Source: Alphaproteobacteria bacterium
GTDB taxonomy: Bacteria; Pseudomonadota; Alphaproteobacteria; Rs-D84
NCBI GenBank assembly: GCA_017463185.1
Contig: JAFTPS010000014.1
Coordinates: 40,514-104,513 of the forward strand
Direction of reading: 5' to 3'
DNA: 64,000 nt
This document shows positions 25,183 through 35,141 of this stretch, piece after piece. Each line of letters opens with the position of its first letter. Positions within the stretch are counted from its first letter, which is position 1. The translations under genes and the position numbers were made by a program. The notes below the pieces were generated by a model. That model worked only from the letters and a program-made list of their open reading frames with translations. It was not told the origin of the DNA and searched no databases.

Positions 25183-27021
25183 CTACGCCATATTTCCTTT
25201 GAACTCTTTGCCATACAGAAAAATATCCCGCTTAGCATTTTTCTGATGAATTTCTTTTATTCCGGATTTGAACGCAATTGTTTTACCCTTGCCTTGCTTT
25301 ATCATATTAGACACACGGGTGATATCACGTTGCACACGGCGATTTCCGTTCGCCAGTGCTAATTTATAATTGGCCAATGCTTTCTGTAAACTCCCCATTT
25401 GTTCATACGCAACCCCGGCATTATATTGTGCCGCCCCATATTGCGATTTATCGCCAATGCGATGTAAAACCTCTCGGGATTGTACAACAGCATCATTATA
25501 CCGCCCCAGTTTATTATATGTTGCTGCTAAATCATTTCGCAACAACGCATTATCTGGATATTTCTTTATCATATTTTCATACTTAGTTGCCGCCGTGGCA
25601 AAATCCCCAGACTTATACGCCCCAATCGCCTCAGCATACATTTGGTCATAACCAATAACATATGTTTTGATTTCAATTTCCCGTTGTACATCCGGTACTT
25701 CATATTGAATCGGTTTTGCACCAATCTGACACATACCATTCAAACACTGTGTACGCACGCTTTCCGGCAAATAATCTTTTGTTTTTTTCCAGTGCGCAAT
25801 TGATTCACCTTTGCCATTGACTGGATTTTTCAGCCACTTTTCAAATTCCATCACCATCGCACGATTTGTCTCACGACCATTTTTTGTATCTTTGAACCAA
25901 TTATCGCGGTCTTTACCGACATATGCCCAAAATTGACTCATCCCCTCAACGGGACATTCCAATAATAATTCTGGTTTTATATCACCATTTAACAAACAAG
26001 ATTCCAGCCATCTGCGCCAACGCATTCCACGCCCATCCCCCAGAAAATTCCCCAGGCTATCACCAACCTCTTCCATACTTTTGCCAGACAACCACGCCCC
26101 ACCAAATGACCGTGTCTGATTTACCGGAAATTCGGCAAAACGTTGTTTTACCAGACTATCGGGCAAAGCAAAACCATATTCTTTGAAATCATCACGCAAA
26201 CGCGCAAATCGCTCTTTGGCATTTTTGGAATTTGGGCTTTCTATCAATTTAGAAAAACTGTTATACATAACCGAGCCCATCCCCACCGCAGCCCCGGTTG
26301 TATTTATATCAACATTATCATTTGCAACATCATAACAATACATCCCCCAGTATGTTTCACCTTCTTCCAAATGCCACCGGGCCAGTTCATACGCCTCTTC
26401 TGTGGTAATAGGTGGCGTATTTTTGGTCACGGGTGTACCATCTTTTAACATCGTATTCCCAAAACCAATTGTCCAGACCCCCTTGGAACACAGATATGGT
26501 TTATGCAAACCATCTTCGTTCACACGCACTCCCTCCATAGCGATTAAATCCGCAATCAGATATGGCGTCACACCCTGCAACTGGTCAAAATACGCCGCAT
26601 ATGTTCCGCGTTTTGATTCGGCTATTTGACGTTCTATACGGTTTTCTTCTATACGGTCTGAAACCTTGTCCGCAACAACTGCACCACCAATCACAGACGC
26701 AAACATCATATAATAAATCAAATGCGCAGATAAATTCGGATATTGTTTCATCAGGGATGATAATTTTTTATCCTGGCCTTTTTTATTTTTCCCCACCTGC
26801 ATATCGCGCAAAGTTTGCTCTAATTTACGCAATGCGTGATTATCCAGTGCGATATATTTGGTCGCCCACAATAAAAATTGAAACAATGCGGCCGTTGTCA
26901 TACCGGCCACACGCCCCACTTTTCCGGTTTTAGACGTCGGATTCATTTGACGGATTTTTTCGGTCGCACGCCCAAATGCACGATGTGGTGCATTTACAAT
27001 TTTACGGAATTTTTCAGCCAT
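25183..27021 (-). CDS. Membrane-anchored lysozyme-like (GH24-type) protein with C-terminal TPR repeats
   Basis: ..LIAMEGVRVNEDGLHKPYLCSKGVWTIGFGNT.. resembles phage-type lysozyme. C-terminal ..YKSGDFATAATKYENMIKKYPDN..LGRYNDAV..YEQMGSLQKALANYKLAL.. is TPR-like. The stop lies 3 nt before the ybeY-lnt start. Confidence 0.65.
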   Translation of the reverse strand: MAEKFRKIVNAPHRAFGRATEKIRQMNPTSKTGKVGRVAGMTTAALFQFLLWATKYIALDNHALRKLEQTLRDMQVGKNKKGQDKKLSSLMKQYPNLSAHLIYYMMFASVIGGAVVADKVSDRIEENRIERQIAESKRGTYAAYFDQLQGVTPYLIADLIAMEGVRVNEDGLHKPYLCSKGVWTIGFGNTMLKDGTPVTKNTPPITTEEAYELARWHLEEGETYWGMYCYDVANDNVDINTTGAAVGMGSVMYNSFSKLIESPNSKNAKERFARLRDDFKEYGFALPDSLVKQRFAEFPVNQTRSFGGAWLSGKSMEEVGDSLGNFLGDGRGMRWRRWLESCLLNGDIKPELLLECPVEGMSQFWAYVGKDRDNWFKDTKNGRETNRAMVMEFEKWLKNPVNGKGESIAHWKKTKDYLPESVRTQCLNGMCQIGAKPIQYEVPDVQREIEIKTYVIGYDQMYAEAIGAYKSGDFATAATKYENMIKKYPDNALLRNDLAATYNKLGRYNDAVVQSREVLHRIGDKSQYGAAQYNAGVAYEQMGSLQKALANYKLALANGNRRVQRDITRVSNMIKQGKGKTIAFKSGIKEIHQKNAKRDIFLYGKEFKGNMA

Positions 27022-27023
27022 GA

Positions 27024-27413
27024 TTACTTTCTCCCCAAACCTGTTTTTTTTGCAATTTTTGACCGACGCGCACTGTACCCTGGTGCGACAAACGGATAAT
27101 CATCTGGCAGGCCCCACTTTGCACGATACTGCTCAGGCGTCAAATTAAACCGCCGCTTTATATACCGACGCAGCATAATATGCCATGTGCCATCTTCCAG
27201 GCATTGAATTTTATCGCGTTGAACGGAATCTTCTATCTGTTGTGGGGTAATGGATGTACCACGCAGAATCTCGCGCGCATTATGTACAGCCTCCTCCATA
27301 GTCAATTTTGGATTGGCGGCAATCGCCGCTGCCGCCAAATTTGCCACCGCCAACGTAAATTCAGAATTTTTATTTACCAACTTGCCAATTCCTTTACAAT
27401 TTAATACAATCAA
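27024..27413 (-). CDS. mucR: MucR/Ros-family transcriptional regulator
   Basis: C-terminal ..LTPEQYRAKWGLPDDYPFVAPGYSARRSKIAKKTGLGRK is diagnostic. The start is uncertain (TTG candidates only before M39). Confidence 0.8.
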   Translation of the reverse strand: MIVLNCKGIGKLVNKNSEFTLAVANLAAAAIAANPKLTMEEAVHNAREILRGTSITPQQIEDSVQRDKIQCLEDGTWHIMLRRYIKRRFNLTPEQYRAKWGLPDDYPFVAPGYSARRSKIAKKTGLGRK

Positions 27414-27455
27414 TTATATCACAAATAAAGACTAAATAAAAGCCAAGTAAAACAA

Positions 27456-28727
27456 ATGACACGACCACTTGCTGATTTAATGCGCCCAAACACAATAGAC
27501 GATGTTGTGGGTCAAACAACGTTACTGGGTGAAAACGGTCTGGTCCGTCGTATGGTTGACAATAAAAAATTATCTAATTTAATTTTATGGGGGCCACCTG
27601 GATGTGGAAAAACCACAATTGCACGCGCATTAGCAAACTCGGTTGATATGGATTTTGTTCCAATGTCGGCGGTATTTTCCGGCACAGCGGATATAAAAAA
27701 AGCGATGGATGCCGCCCGTATGAATCGCGACATTGGACGCAGCACATTATTATTCATAGATGAAATTCACCGTTTTAACAAAACGCAACAGGATACTCTG
27801 TTGCCGTATCTAGAAGATGGCACTGTCGTCTTTATGGGCGCAACTACTGAAAACCCCAGTTTTAATTTGAACAACGCGTTATTATCACGTTGCCATATCG
27901 GTGTATTACAACCCCTGGCCACAGAAGACCTGATGACGCTAATAACACGTGCTGAAAATTTTACCAATAAAAAATTACCACTGGACGATGCCGCCCGCAT
28001 TCACTTAGCCCAGATGGCGGACGGTGATGCACGATTTTTATTAAACACGGTTGAATATTTATTCAATGCCAATTTCCGGGAACCATTATCGCCCGACACG
28101 TTGGTTTCCGCCGTACAGAAACGCGCGCCCTTGTCCGACAAACATGGCGATGAACATTATAATCTAATTTCGGCTGTTCACAAATCCCTGCGTGCCAGCG
28201 ATACGGACGCAGCATTATATTGGACTGCCCGTATGATGACATCGGGCCAGGACCCAATGTACATATTCCGTCGTCTAACCCGTTTCGCCGTGGAAGATAT
28301 CGGTCTGGCCGACCCGAACGCCCTGCAAATTGCAATCGCTGCCTGGCAAGCGTATGAAAGATTGGGCAGTCCAGAGGGGGATTTAGCCCTGACGCAACTG
28401 GTTATATATTTGGGCACCGCGCCAAAAAGTGTCGGAAATTACAAAGCGCAAAAAGCGGCCTATGCCACGGCCCGTGAAACAGGCAGCCTGATGCCACCAA
28501 AAAATATATTAAACGCCCCAACAAAAATGATGAAAAATCTGGGGTACAACGCTGGTTATATTTATGAGCCGGACACAGAATCCGGATTTTCCGGTCAAAA
28601 TTGTTTCCCCGAAACCATGGGGCGCGTAAAATTCTATCACCCCGTTGAGCGCGGATTTGAACGCGAAATAAAAAAACGTCTGGAATATTGGGATGGATTG
28701 CGTGCAAAAATAAATAAAAACTCCTAG
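27456..28727 (+). CDS. rarA: Replication-associated recombination protein A (AAA+ ATPase)
   Basis: GPPGCGKTTIARALA, FIDEIHRFNK, and a MgsA C-terminal domain pattern. Confidence 0.9.
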   Translation: MTRPLADLMRPNTIDDVVGQTTLLGENGLVRRMVDNKKLSNLILWGPPGCGKTTIARALANSVDMDFVPMSAVFSGTADIKKAMDAARMNRDIGRSTLLFIDEIHRFNKTQQDTLLPYLEDGTVVFMGATTENPSFNLNNALLSRCHIGVLQPLATEDLMTLITRAENFTNKKLPLDDAARIHLAQMADGDARFLLNTVEYLFNANFREPLSPDTLVSAVQKRAPLSDKHGDEHYNLISAVHKSLRASDTDAALYWTARMMTSGQDPMYIFRRLTRFAVEDIGLADPNALQIAIAAWQAYERLGSPEGDLALTQLVIYLGTAPKSVGNYKAQKAAYATARETGSLMPPKNILNAPTKMMKNLGYNAGYIYEPDTESGFSGQNCFPETMGRVKFYHPVERGFEREIKKRLEYWDGLRAKINKNS

Positions 28728-29689
28728 CGCGAATGTACCAACCAATCGCCAATTTCACGCAACATAACATTTACATTTGCCGATGTATCGGTCTGCCGCG
28801 AAGTGCATCCAACATTCGCACGCTTTATCAGCCCCGTCAACGTTCGCCCCGGCCCCAATTCATAGGCGCGTGTGATATTATATGTTGGGAAAGTTTCCAT
28901 AATATCCAACCAACGCACCCCGTGTGTCATCTGATTACACAACGCATCACGCACATCAATCGGATTAGACATAAAATTCGCAGTCTGATTGGAATACCAA
29001 TTTGTTTTTGGTGCATCAAATTTGATTGTTTCCATACGTGCCCGCAATAATTTTTCCGCACCCGCCATCAACGCACAATGCGCCGGCACCGCAACATTCA
29101 AACGCTTTGCAATTCGTGCACCTTGTTTTTGTGCAGCACCGATAACCGCATCCAGCGCACCTGTTTGCCCACTGACAATAAATTGGTCACGTGCATTATG
29201 ATTTGAAATCTGGGCATAGCCGTGTCCCGCCGCCGCAACCAGACATTGTTCAACCACATCCCGACCCAGCCCTACAATTGCCGCCATACCACCCACACCG
29301 GCAGAATCCTGCATATATGCGGAACGCGCAGATAACATATTCACCGCATCATCCATTCGCATACTGCCCACACAGTGCAACGCCGAATATTGCCCCATTG
29401 AATGCCCGGCCATAGCATATGCTATGGCGTGCAATGGCACGCCATATTCAGCCTCTATCACACGGGCGATTGCAACAGAATGTGCAAATGTCCCCAGTGA
29501 TGTATTTTCCGGCCGATTTAGTTCGGATTCCGGCCCATCAAAACAAATTTTTGCCATATCGCGTTTTGCGATATCAGACACCTGTTCAAAAATATAACGC
29601 GCAGCGGCAAAATCATGAAAAACATCCGCGCCCATACCAACGTATTGCGCACCTTGACCTGGAAAAACAAAAATAATCTTTTCTGCCAT
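28724..29689 (-). CDS. fabD: Malonyl CoA-ACP transacylase
   Basis: Start trimmed to MAEKIIFVFPGQGAQYVGMG. GHSMGQYSAL active-site motif. Confidence 0.88.
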   Translation of the reverse strand: MAEKIIFVFPGQGAQYVGMGADVFHDFAAARYIFEQVSDIAKRDMAKICFDGPESELNRPENTSLGTFAHSVAIARVIEAEYGVPLHAIAYAMAGHSMGQYSALHCVGSMRMDDAVNMLSARSAYMQDSAGVGGMAAIVGLGRDVVEQCLVAAAGHGYAQISNHNARDQFIVSGQTGALDAVIGAAQKQGARIAKRLNVAVPAHCALMAGAEKLLRARMETIKFDAPKTNWYSNQTANFMSNPIDVRDALCNQMTHGVRWLDIMETFPTYNITRAYELGPGRTLTGLIKRANVGCTSRQTDTSANVNVMLREIGDWLVHSR

Positions 29690-29867
29690 AGCAGGAGCTA
29701 TTTTACACAAAAACCACAAATTGTCAACAAATATAAAGCCGCCCCCGCACCTTGCGTAAAAAAATAAATTAAAATGATTTAGATGCGGAACGAACCCAAC
29801 ATCACAGTGTACAGACACTACGTAAGATGTTGGGACCGCCCACAGATGAATTATTATAATTCATTTT

Positions 29868-30596
29868 TCAGAAAAGGATGTTTAGGCTAAACCCAAGCAA
29901 AACATCATCCGATTCAAACTCATACCCCAGATTTCCCACATATTGCGTGCGGCCAAATTGACGCACAACTTTGAAATTCAGCCATTCTTGGTCATAGTCT
30001 TGACCTGTTTGGCGGTCTTTGTTCGTGGCTTTGCGAATGGTCAACCCCGCACCAACACGCCAATTGGGCGCGGTACGAAAATAAGCCTCTGGCATAAAGT
30101 CAATAAATGCCATACCACGTGTATCATCAAAAATCCAACTGGATTTTACTGTCGCAGCCAGGGTCATCCCCGCCCATTGGCGACCAATACGAACACCGGC
30201 ATAATATGTGGAATCGGCATAGTACGGGGTACGCACATGCGAACTGCCCCCGAATTTAAAACCAAATAAAACATCCGATATTATATTGTCCCCCGCCCCC
30301 GACATACGATAAATACCACCGACGTCTATCGCGGAAAATCCGTCCTCGTCACCATTGAAATCATTTTGATAATGAACATTTGCACCAATACTCAGCCGAT
30401 TGTTCATACCATACGACACACCCTGACCCAGGCGCAAAATATGGTCCCAATACGACACATCCGTTTTGGTCAGAATTTCTTCTATGGCCTGTAAATACAA
30501 TGGGTCCGATGTATCATTTGACAAATCATTCGCACGCCCCGCCCCCGGCAATATGGTCGCCACACAAACTAAACATACCGATAAAAATTTATGCAT
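29868..30596 (-). CDS. Outer-membrane beta-barrel protein
   Basis: Signal peptide, amphipathic beta pattern, terminal ..FSLNILF. Confidence 0.7.
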   Translation of the reverse strand: MHKFLSVCLVCVATILPGAGRANDLSNDTSDPLYLQAIEEILTKTDVSYWDHILRLGQGVSYGMNNRLSIGANVHYQNDFNGDEDGFSAIDVGGIYRMSGAGDNIISDVLFGFKFGGSSHVRTPYYADSTYYAGVRIGRQWAGMTLAATVKSSWIFDDTRGMAFIDFMPEAYFRTAPNWRVGAGLTIRKATNKDRQTGQDYDQEWLNFKVVRQFGRTQYVGNLGYEFESDDVLLGFSLNILF

Positions 30597-30648
30597 AATA
30601 AGTCTCTCCGCGGTCCCAGAAAACTGGGACCGTTTTTAATCATAAACA

Positions 30649-31902
30649 TCAGAACTGGAACATAACCTGCAAACCGACACTGGTTTCACCATAGTTATCT
30701 AATTTTGCTGTACCGATTTTGGTCAGGGTACTTAATTCTGAAATTGTTGGTTCATACCAATACAAATCCAACTTTTTATCATCGGCACTATCATAGAACG
30801 CCGTCTTGACATACAGATTCAGCGCGAACCAATCATTTGGCTGCCATCCCAACGCACCACGGACAGATGCCTGGGTATGCCAATCATAATTGCCAAAGAC
30901 CGCTTCCAAATTCAATGTCCAATCCTCGCTCAGCACACTGAACACACCCGCACCACCTTCTATATAAATGGCACTGTCATCACCCACCTGGTACGGGATG
31001 TACATCAACGCATAATTCCCATCGTTGTCCGTACCCTCTATACCATTACCATATGAATTACCATCCAGGCTTAAATACCAACCACGCGCCAAACCATATA
31101 TTGTGGAATTAGATACCTTGTACCCCGCCTTTAAGTCCAGGATAAAGTTATCGGAAACATCATTTTGATGCTGATAGTATGCCGATGCGGTCGCAATCCA
31201 TTTGTCGTTATCAATAAAACGCCATTGCGCCCCCAGCCCGAACAGATTAAATCCATCGTCATCCATTTTATCATCTGGGAAACCATCATCCCATTCAAAT
31301 TTATATTCCGAAGAATCATACTGTGCCATCGCTAAAATTGCGATACGGTCGGTAATACCATAACTGAAATCTTCCTTGACCGCAAATTGCGTCATATCCC
31401 ATTTTCCGCCCAGTCCATTTAATGGCAACGGATTATCCGCAGCAATTTCCAAAGTCTGGTTGATTGTGAAATCATATGAATTCATTGCATATGAAAAATC
31501 CGTCACAGAACCAAAATCGCCCTTTAATGGCTGATAGAACGGATGCGCCAAATAATATTTGCGTTTCATTTTATTTACGACAACTTCGGACCGGGATGTA
31601 CGCACGGTTGTCTTAGATGATTTGGCAGACGAAGAATTTGCACTGTCATACTGTTTGTACAGCGCACTGCGATTTGCGGGTTTGGTATAGTACAAATCAC
31701 CCGCATCCCGTGATTCATATGTCTTGGTTGTTGTGCGGGTCTGATATTTTTCATAATTTACTTTTTCACGCGTACGCGTTGCTGGTGCGCCCGACAAATC
31801 CGCACTGGACCCCGCGCGTGTTCCCCAATTTGTTGCCGCATAGCCCGATGTTGCCCCCAGCAATACCACCGCCCCAACAATAACTGAAATCTGTTTTTTC
31901 AT
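30649..31902 (-). CDS. Outer-membrane beta-barrel protein with Thr/Arg/Ser-rich N-terminal region
   Basis: Start trimmed to MKKQISVIVGAVVLLGATSGYA. Terminal ..GLQVMFQF. Confidence 0.75.
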   Translation of the reverse strand: MKKQISVIVGAVVLLGATSGYAATNWGTRAGSSADLSGAPATRTREKVNYEKYQTRTTTKTYESRDAGDLYYTKPANRSALYKQYDSANSSSAKSSKTTVRTSRSEVVVNKMKRKYYLAHPFYQPLKGDFGSVTDFSYAMNSYDFTINQTLEIAADNPLPLNGLGGKWDMTQFAVKEDFSYGITDRIAILAMAQYDSSEYKFEWDDGFPDDKMDDDGFNLFGLGAQWRFIDNDKWIATASAYYQHQNDVSDNFILDLKAGYKVSNSTIYGLARGWYLSLDGNSYGNGIEGTDNDGNYALMYIPYQVGDDSAIYIEGGAGVFSVLSEDWTLNLEAVFGNYDWHTQASVRGALGWQPNDWFALNLYVKTAFYDSADDKKLDLYWYEPTISELSTLTKIGTAKLDNYGETSVGLQVMFQF

Positions 31903-32040
31903 ATATAATCTCCTTTTGCTAAAAATTATATCACATCCAGCATTTATAAAAAAGAATAAATTACCCCACCAACGACAAATTAAAACTCCCCCCCTGTGAA
32001 TGGGTGGCGCATAGCGACGGGATAACAATAAAGAACATAC

Positions 32041-32115
32041 TAATAACTTTTTATGTATGCCACAATTGAACTTTGAACACTGAACATTGATTAAAATCCC
32101 GCAACGCGGGATTTT
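32041..32115. repeat. About 75-nt duplicate of the 3' flank of gene 35557..36351 (GAACnnT heptamer words plus a family-2 terminator)
   Basis: TAATAACTTTTTAT..GAACTTTGAACACTGAACATTGATTAAAATCCCGCAACGCGGGATTTT versus 35480..35558. Confidence 0.8.
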
Positions 32116-32310
32116 CCCTGCCCCCAGGGCGCAAGCCCGAATGTGGGGCGGGCGGAATTCCCGACGATTTATCGGCGTTGGAATTCCGGGGCGGGGGAAA
32201 GTTTTTTACAAAATTTATAAAGTAAATTTTGTCATCCCTGCGCAGGCAGGGATAGGGTCTATAAAATTTCTTAGACACCGAAACTTATAATATATGGATG
32301 ACAGAAAATT

Positions 32311-32363
32311 GATTCTCAATTTTCTGTTTATAACATCCACCACTAACCACTTACACTAACCAC
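32311..32363. repeat. About 50-bp repeat GATTCTCAATTTTnTGTTTATAACATCCAnCACTA.. (second copy 42286..42335)
   Basis: Both copies lie just 3' of the terminator of a minus-strand Cys-rich gene. Confidence 0.75.
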
Positions 32364-32376
32364 TATTATGCCCTAT

Positions 32377-32401
32377 AAAAACCGCCCAGTAGGCGGTTTT
32401 T
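32377..32401 (-). terminator. Intrinsic terminator of the 32409..34994 gene
   Basis: AAAAACCGCCcagtaGGCGGTTTTT. Confidence 0.75.
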
Positions 32402-32408
32402 ATAACTA

Positions 32409-34994
32409 TCATGTTTGTTCACTTGTTGACTCACTCGCACCTGACTCAAGTTTGCATGTCCCGTCGTTCAAAACATAACCGCTTTCACAATTTGTGAACA
32501 CACATTTTCCCCAAGCGCTACCCCCCCAGGTTTGTGTACCAGCCGTTGCATGATTTAGTGTTAACGTATCTGGATGGCAATCCTGTGTTGCCGCAACACA
32601 CTTATTGCCAGATACGTTATAATTCGGCAGACATTCAACCAATGTGCATTTCGACCATTTACCAGTATTATCCAATGTCATTATTGCAGAGGCTGCATTT
32701 TCAATCGATGTTGTACAATCTGTTTCGTTTGCTACACATTCATTATTTGACAGCGTATAACCCGCATTACATGATTGAATTATACATGTCGAACCACTTT
32801 TAACACCGCTACGCGCATTAACATCAATCGCATACAATTCGCTGACCGTACAACGTGTAGTTTTTGCGCTAGCATCTTCTAATACGCGAGTCCAGTCACG
32901 AATTTCATCAACACCATTTTCCAACATGCACTGTTCACGCATAGCAGCAGATGAACCGGTTTGACCCGCTGCAATATTAGATGGCGCAACACCAGTTCCG
33001 TTCAGGATTTCATTCAATGTCACGATATTGCGACATGTATTTGTTGTGTAATCCTGGGTGTTCAAACAATCCGTCGCATCAGCCTTGTCAATAACGGCCT
33101 TAAACTGTGCCATTGATGGATTACAAATCATTTCCTCATAGCAAGACGGTACATTTGCAACCTGGGCGCAGTACGTTTTGATACGTGTATCAGACCAGTT
33201 TTCCTCAGCACGACGCTGGGTTTCATAACAGTCGTATATTTCGCTTAAACAATTGTTAAAGTTTGTGCCAGCAGCAACCGCATCTGCCAGAATTGTTTCC
33301 TCTTCTTCCTGGGCGAATTCCAGACGCTTTTGTTGCAATGCCTGCTGGGCAGCAACCTTTTGATAGCCAATATTTTGCGCCGTTGCACGCAATTGTTCAC
33401 CATACGCATCACAGTCCGCATTGGCATCCAACGCATATTTTTGCATAATGCTGCGACGCGCGTCCGCAACTGGTTTGCGCAAGTTGGAATACGGGTCGCC
33501 CGACGACGACGAATAACCAAAACAAGTCGCCGAATTTGACGAAGTATATCCAGTATTGGCGGTCACAAAGTTTAATTCATATGTACCACTGTTATTCACG
33601 GAAATCACACTGTTATAATTATACGGACATTGGGACGCCCCATTGCCACACTTGGTCCCAGACGGCGGTGTACCACAGGCCTCGTAAATACCGTTAAAAC
33701 ACGAATCCAGAACACGCGCACACACATTATTATGCGCATATTCAAACAATTCATACCCCCATGTTTCCGCCAACGAATCCGTCAATTCATCCGCGGATGA
33801 TAACGCGCCATCAATCCCGGCCAAGCCACTGACCACAGATGACAGATTATCAAACGCAGATGTCAAACTGTCCGTATCATCGGTCAGGATAGTAATTGTC
33901 TGTTCCTTGGCATCGGCCCATGCCTGCAAAGAAGCCAAAATATCGGAACTGTTGCCATCCAAATTCGTTACATCAAAACCAAAATCATTCCCAGATTCAT
34001 TACAATACGACGGTTTTGTACAGGTTGAAACCGCCCCGCCACTGCCAGTGTTATAAATACCGTGGTCGGAACACCATTCAATCGCCTCGTCCGATGACGC
34101 ACCATATTGATTTGTCACATCCTGCCAGGAAACACAGTTCATAACTTTTTCTGCGTCGGTCAACTTAAATGCATCTGATACATCCTTGCCCTTGTTCGCA
34201 ATCAACAAGGCCAATTCGCCAGACACCTTTATCAATTCTTCATTTGCTGTTTCCAGTGCTGTTTCAGCCTCTGCAAATGCCTTGACACGACCGGCACACG
34301 CACAACGACGCTGGGCCGTATTACGCGCAGTACAGATTTCATCCATACATGTATAATATGATTCCATACAATTATTAAACGCATCATTTGAAATCAATCC
34401 CGTTGTGGAATCAATAATATTTGAATAGTTGCCGGTGTACAGTTTGCTGTTCAAATACGAATATGATGTTGTTGTATTCGTCTTGGACCCACGAATTGCA
34501 CTGCCCTGCAAAGATACACGGGCCGCGGTTGTACCCGAATTTGCCGCCACACGCGAACGCACATTGCGCGTATTGGCCGCCGTACCACGCGAAGAGACCG
34601 CATTGGTTGCCGTACGCGACACAACATTGCGAGACGCGGTGCCACGACCGGTCCCCGCTGTGGTTGTACGACTATTTACCGCTGTTTTAGCACGCGTGGC
34701 CACACCGCGTGATGCGGTTGCCCGACTAGCCGCCGCCGCGGTTGATGTTGCAGTACGCGCAACCGTACGCTGGGTCACACTGTTACGTGGACTGGTCCGC
34801 CCAGATGCACGCACGGCCGCCCCAGCACGGGCCGCCTTGGGTGCGGCAACATAATTTTCATTTACCGGTGCAATTGGGTCTGCAAACACGGCACGAACAG
34901 ATAAAACGGTTGAACAAACAAAAAACGCCCCCGCCAGTAAAAACACCGCCCCCAATGCATTTTTGCAAGAATCCACGATTTTTTGACTTTTCAT
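32409..34994 (-). CDS. Large secreted protein: Arg/Thr/Ser/Ala-rich N-region, Cys-rich coiled-coil core, three C-terminal CxxGY..C repeats
   Basis: Start trimmed to MKSQKIV.. (signal peptide ..LSVRAVFA). Motifs CMESYYTCMDEIC..RCACA. C-terminal SCNAGYTLSNNEC / ECLPNYNVSGNKC / NCESGYVLNDGTC. Confidence 0.8.
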   Translation of the reverse strand: MKSQKIVDSCKNALGAVFLLAGAFFVCSTVLSVRAVFADPIAPVNENYVAAPKAARAGAAVRASGRTSPRNSVTQRTVARTATSTAAAASRATASRGVATRAKTAVNSRTTTAGTGRGTASRNVVSRTATNAVSSRGTAANTRNVRSRVAANSGTTAARVSLQGSAIRGSKTNTTTSYSYLNSKLYTGNYSNIIDSTTGLISNDAFNNCMESYYTCMDEICTARNTAQRRCACAGRVKAFAEAETALETANEELIKVSGELALLIANKGKDVSDAFKLTDAEKVMNCVSWQDVTNQYGASSDEAIEWCSDHGIYNTGSGGAVSTCTKPSYCNESGNDFGFDVTNLDGNSSDILASLQAWADAKEQTITILTDDTDSLTSAFDNLSSVVSGLAGIDGALSSADELTDSLAETWGYELFEYAHNNVCARVLDSCFNGIYEACGTPPSGTKCGNGASQCPYNYNSVISVNNSGTYELNFVTANTGYTSSNSATCFGYSSSSGDPYSNLRKPVADARRSIMQKYALDANADCDAYGEQLRATAQNIGYQKVAAQQALQQKRLEFAQEEEETILADAVAAGTNFNNCLSEIYDCYETQRRAEENWSDTRIKTYCAQVANVPSCYEEMICNPSMAQFKAVIDKADATDCLNTQDYTTNTCRNIVTLNEILNGTGVAPSNIAAGQTGSSAAMREQCMLENGVDEIRDWTRVLEDASAKTTRCTVSELYAIDVNARSGVKSGSTCIIQSCNAGYTLSNNECVANETDCTTSIENAASAIMTLDNTGKWSKCTLVECLPNYNVSGNKCVAATQDCHPDTLTLNHATAGTQTWGGSAWGKCVFTNCESGYVLNDGTCKLESGASESTSEQT

Positions 34995-35141
34995 AAAACT
35001 CTCCCTGGTGGTCCGGGAAGCCCGGTTTCCCATATCTTTGACGATATTATGCGTCCATAATATACATCTATTTTACACAATTATATCAATTTTTTTAAGG
35101 TCTGTAAACAGTTCATTTTCCCCCATTCCCCAAGGCATCAC

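Noticed and set aside
25183-27021. The lysozyme-like gene as a marker of a prophage.
   Set aside because: No capsid, tail, terminase, holin or integrase genes flank it. It is embedded in a housekeeping operon (mucR-like, ybeY-lnt) and carries TPR repeats and a membrane anchor.
32060-32095. The heptamer word arrays (GAACnnT, CACTAAC, CATTnGT, TGCTCTY) as CRISPR arrays or other spacer-repeat systems.
   Set aside because: The units are only 7 nt and directly tandem (3-4 copies) with no spacers. No cas genes are present. They behave as termini or components of small foldback elements.
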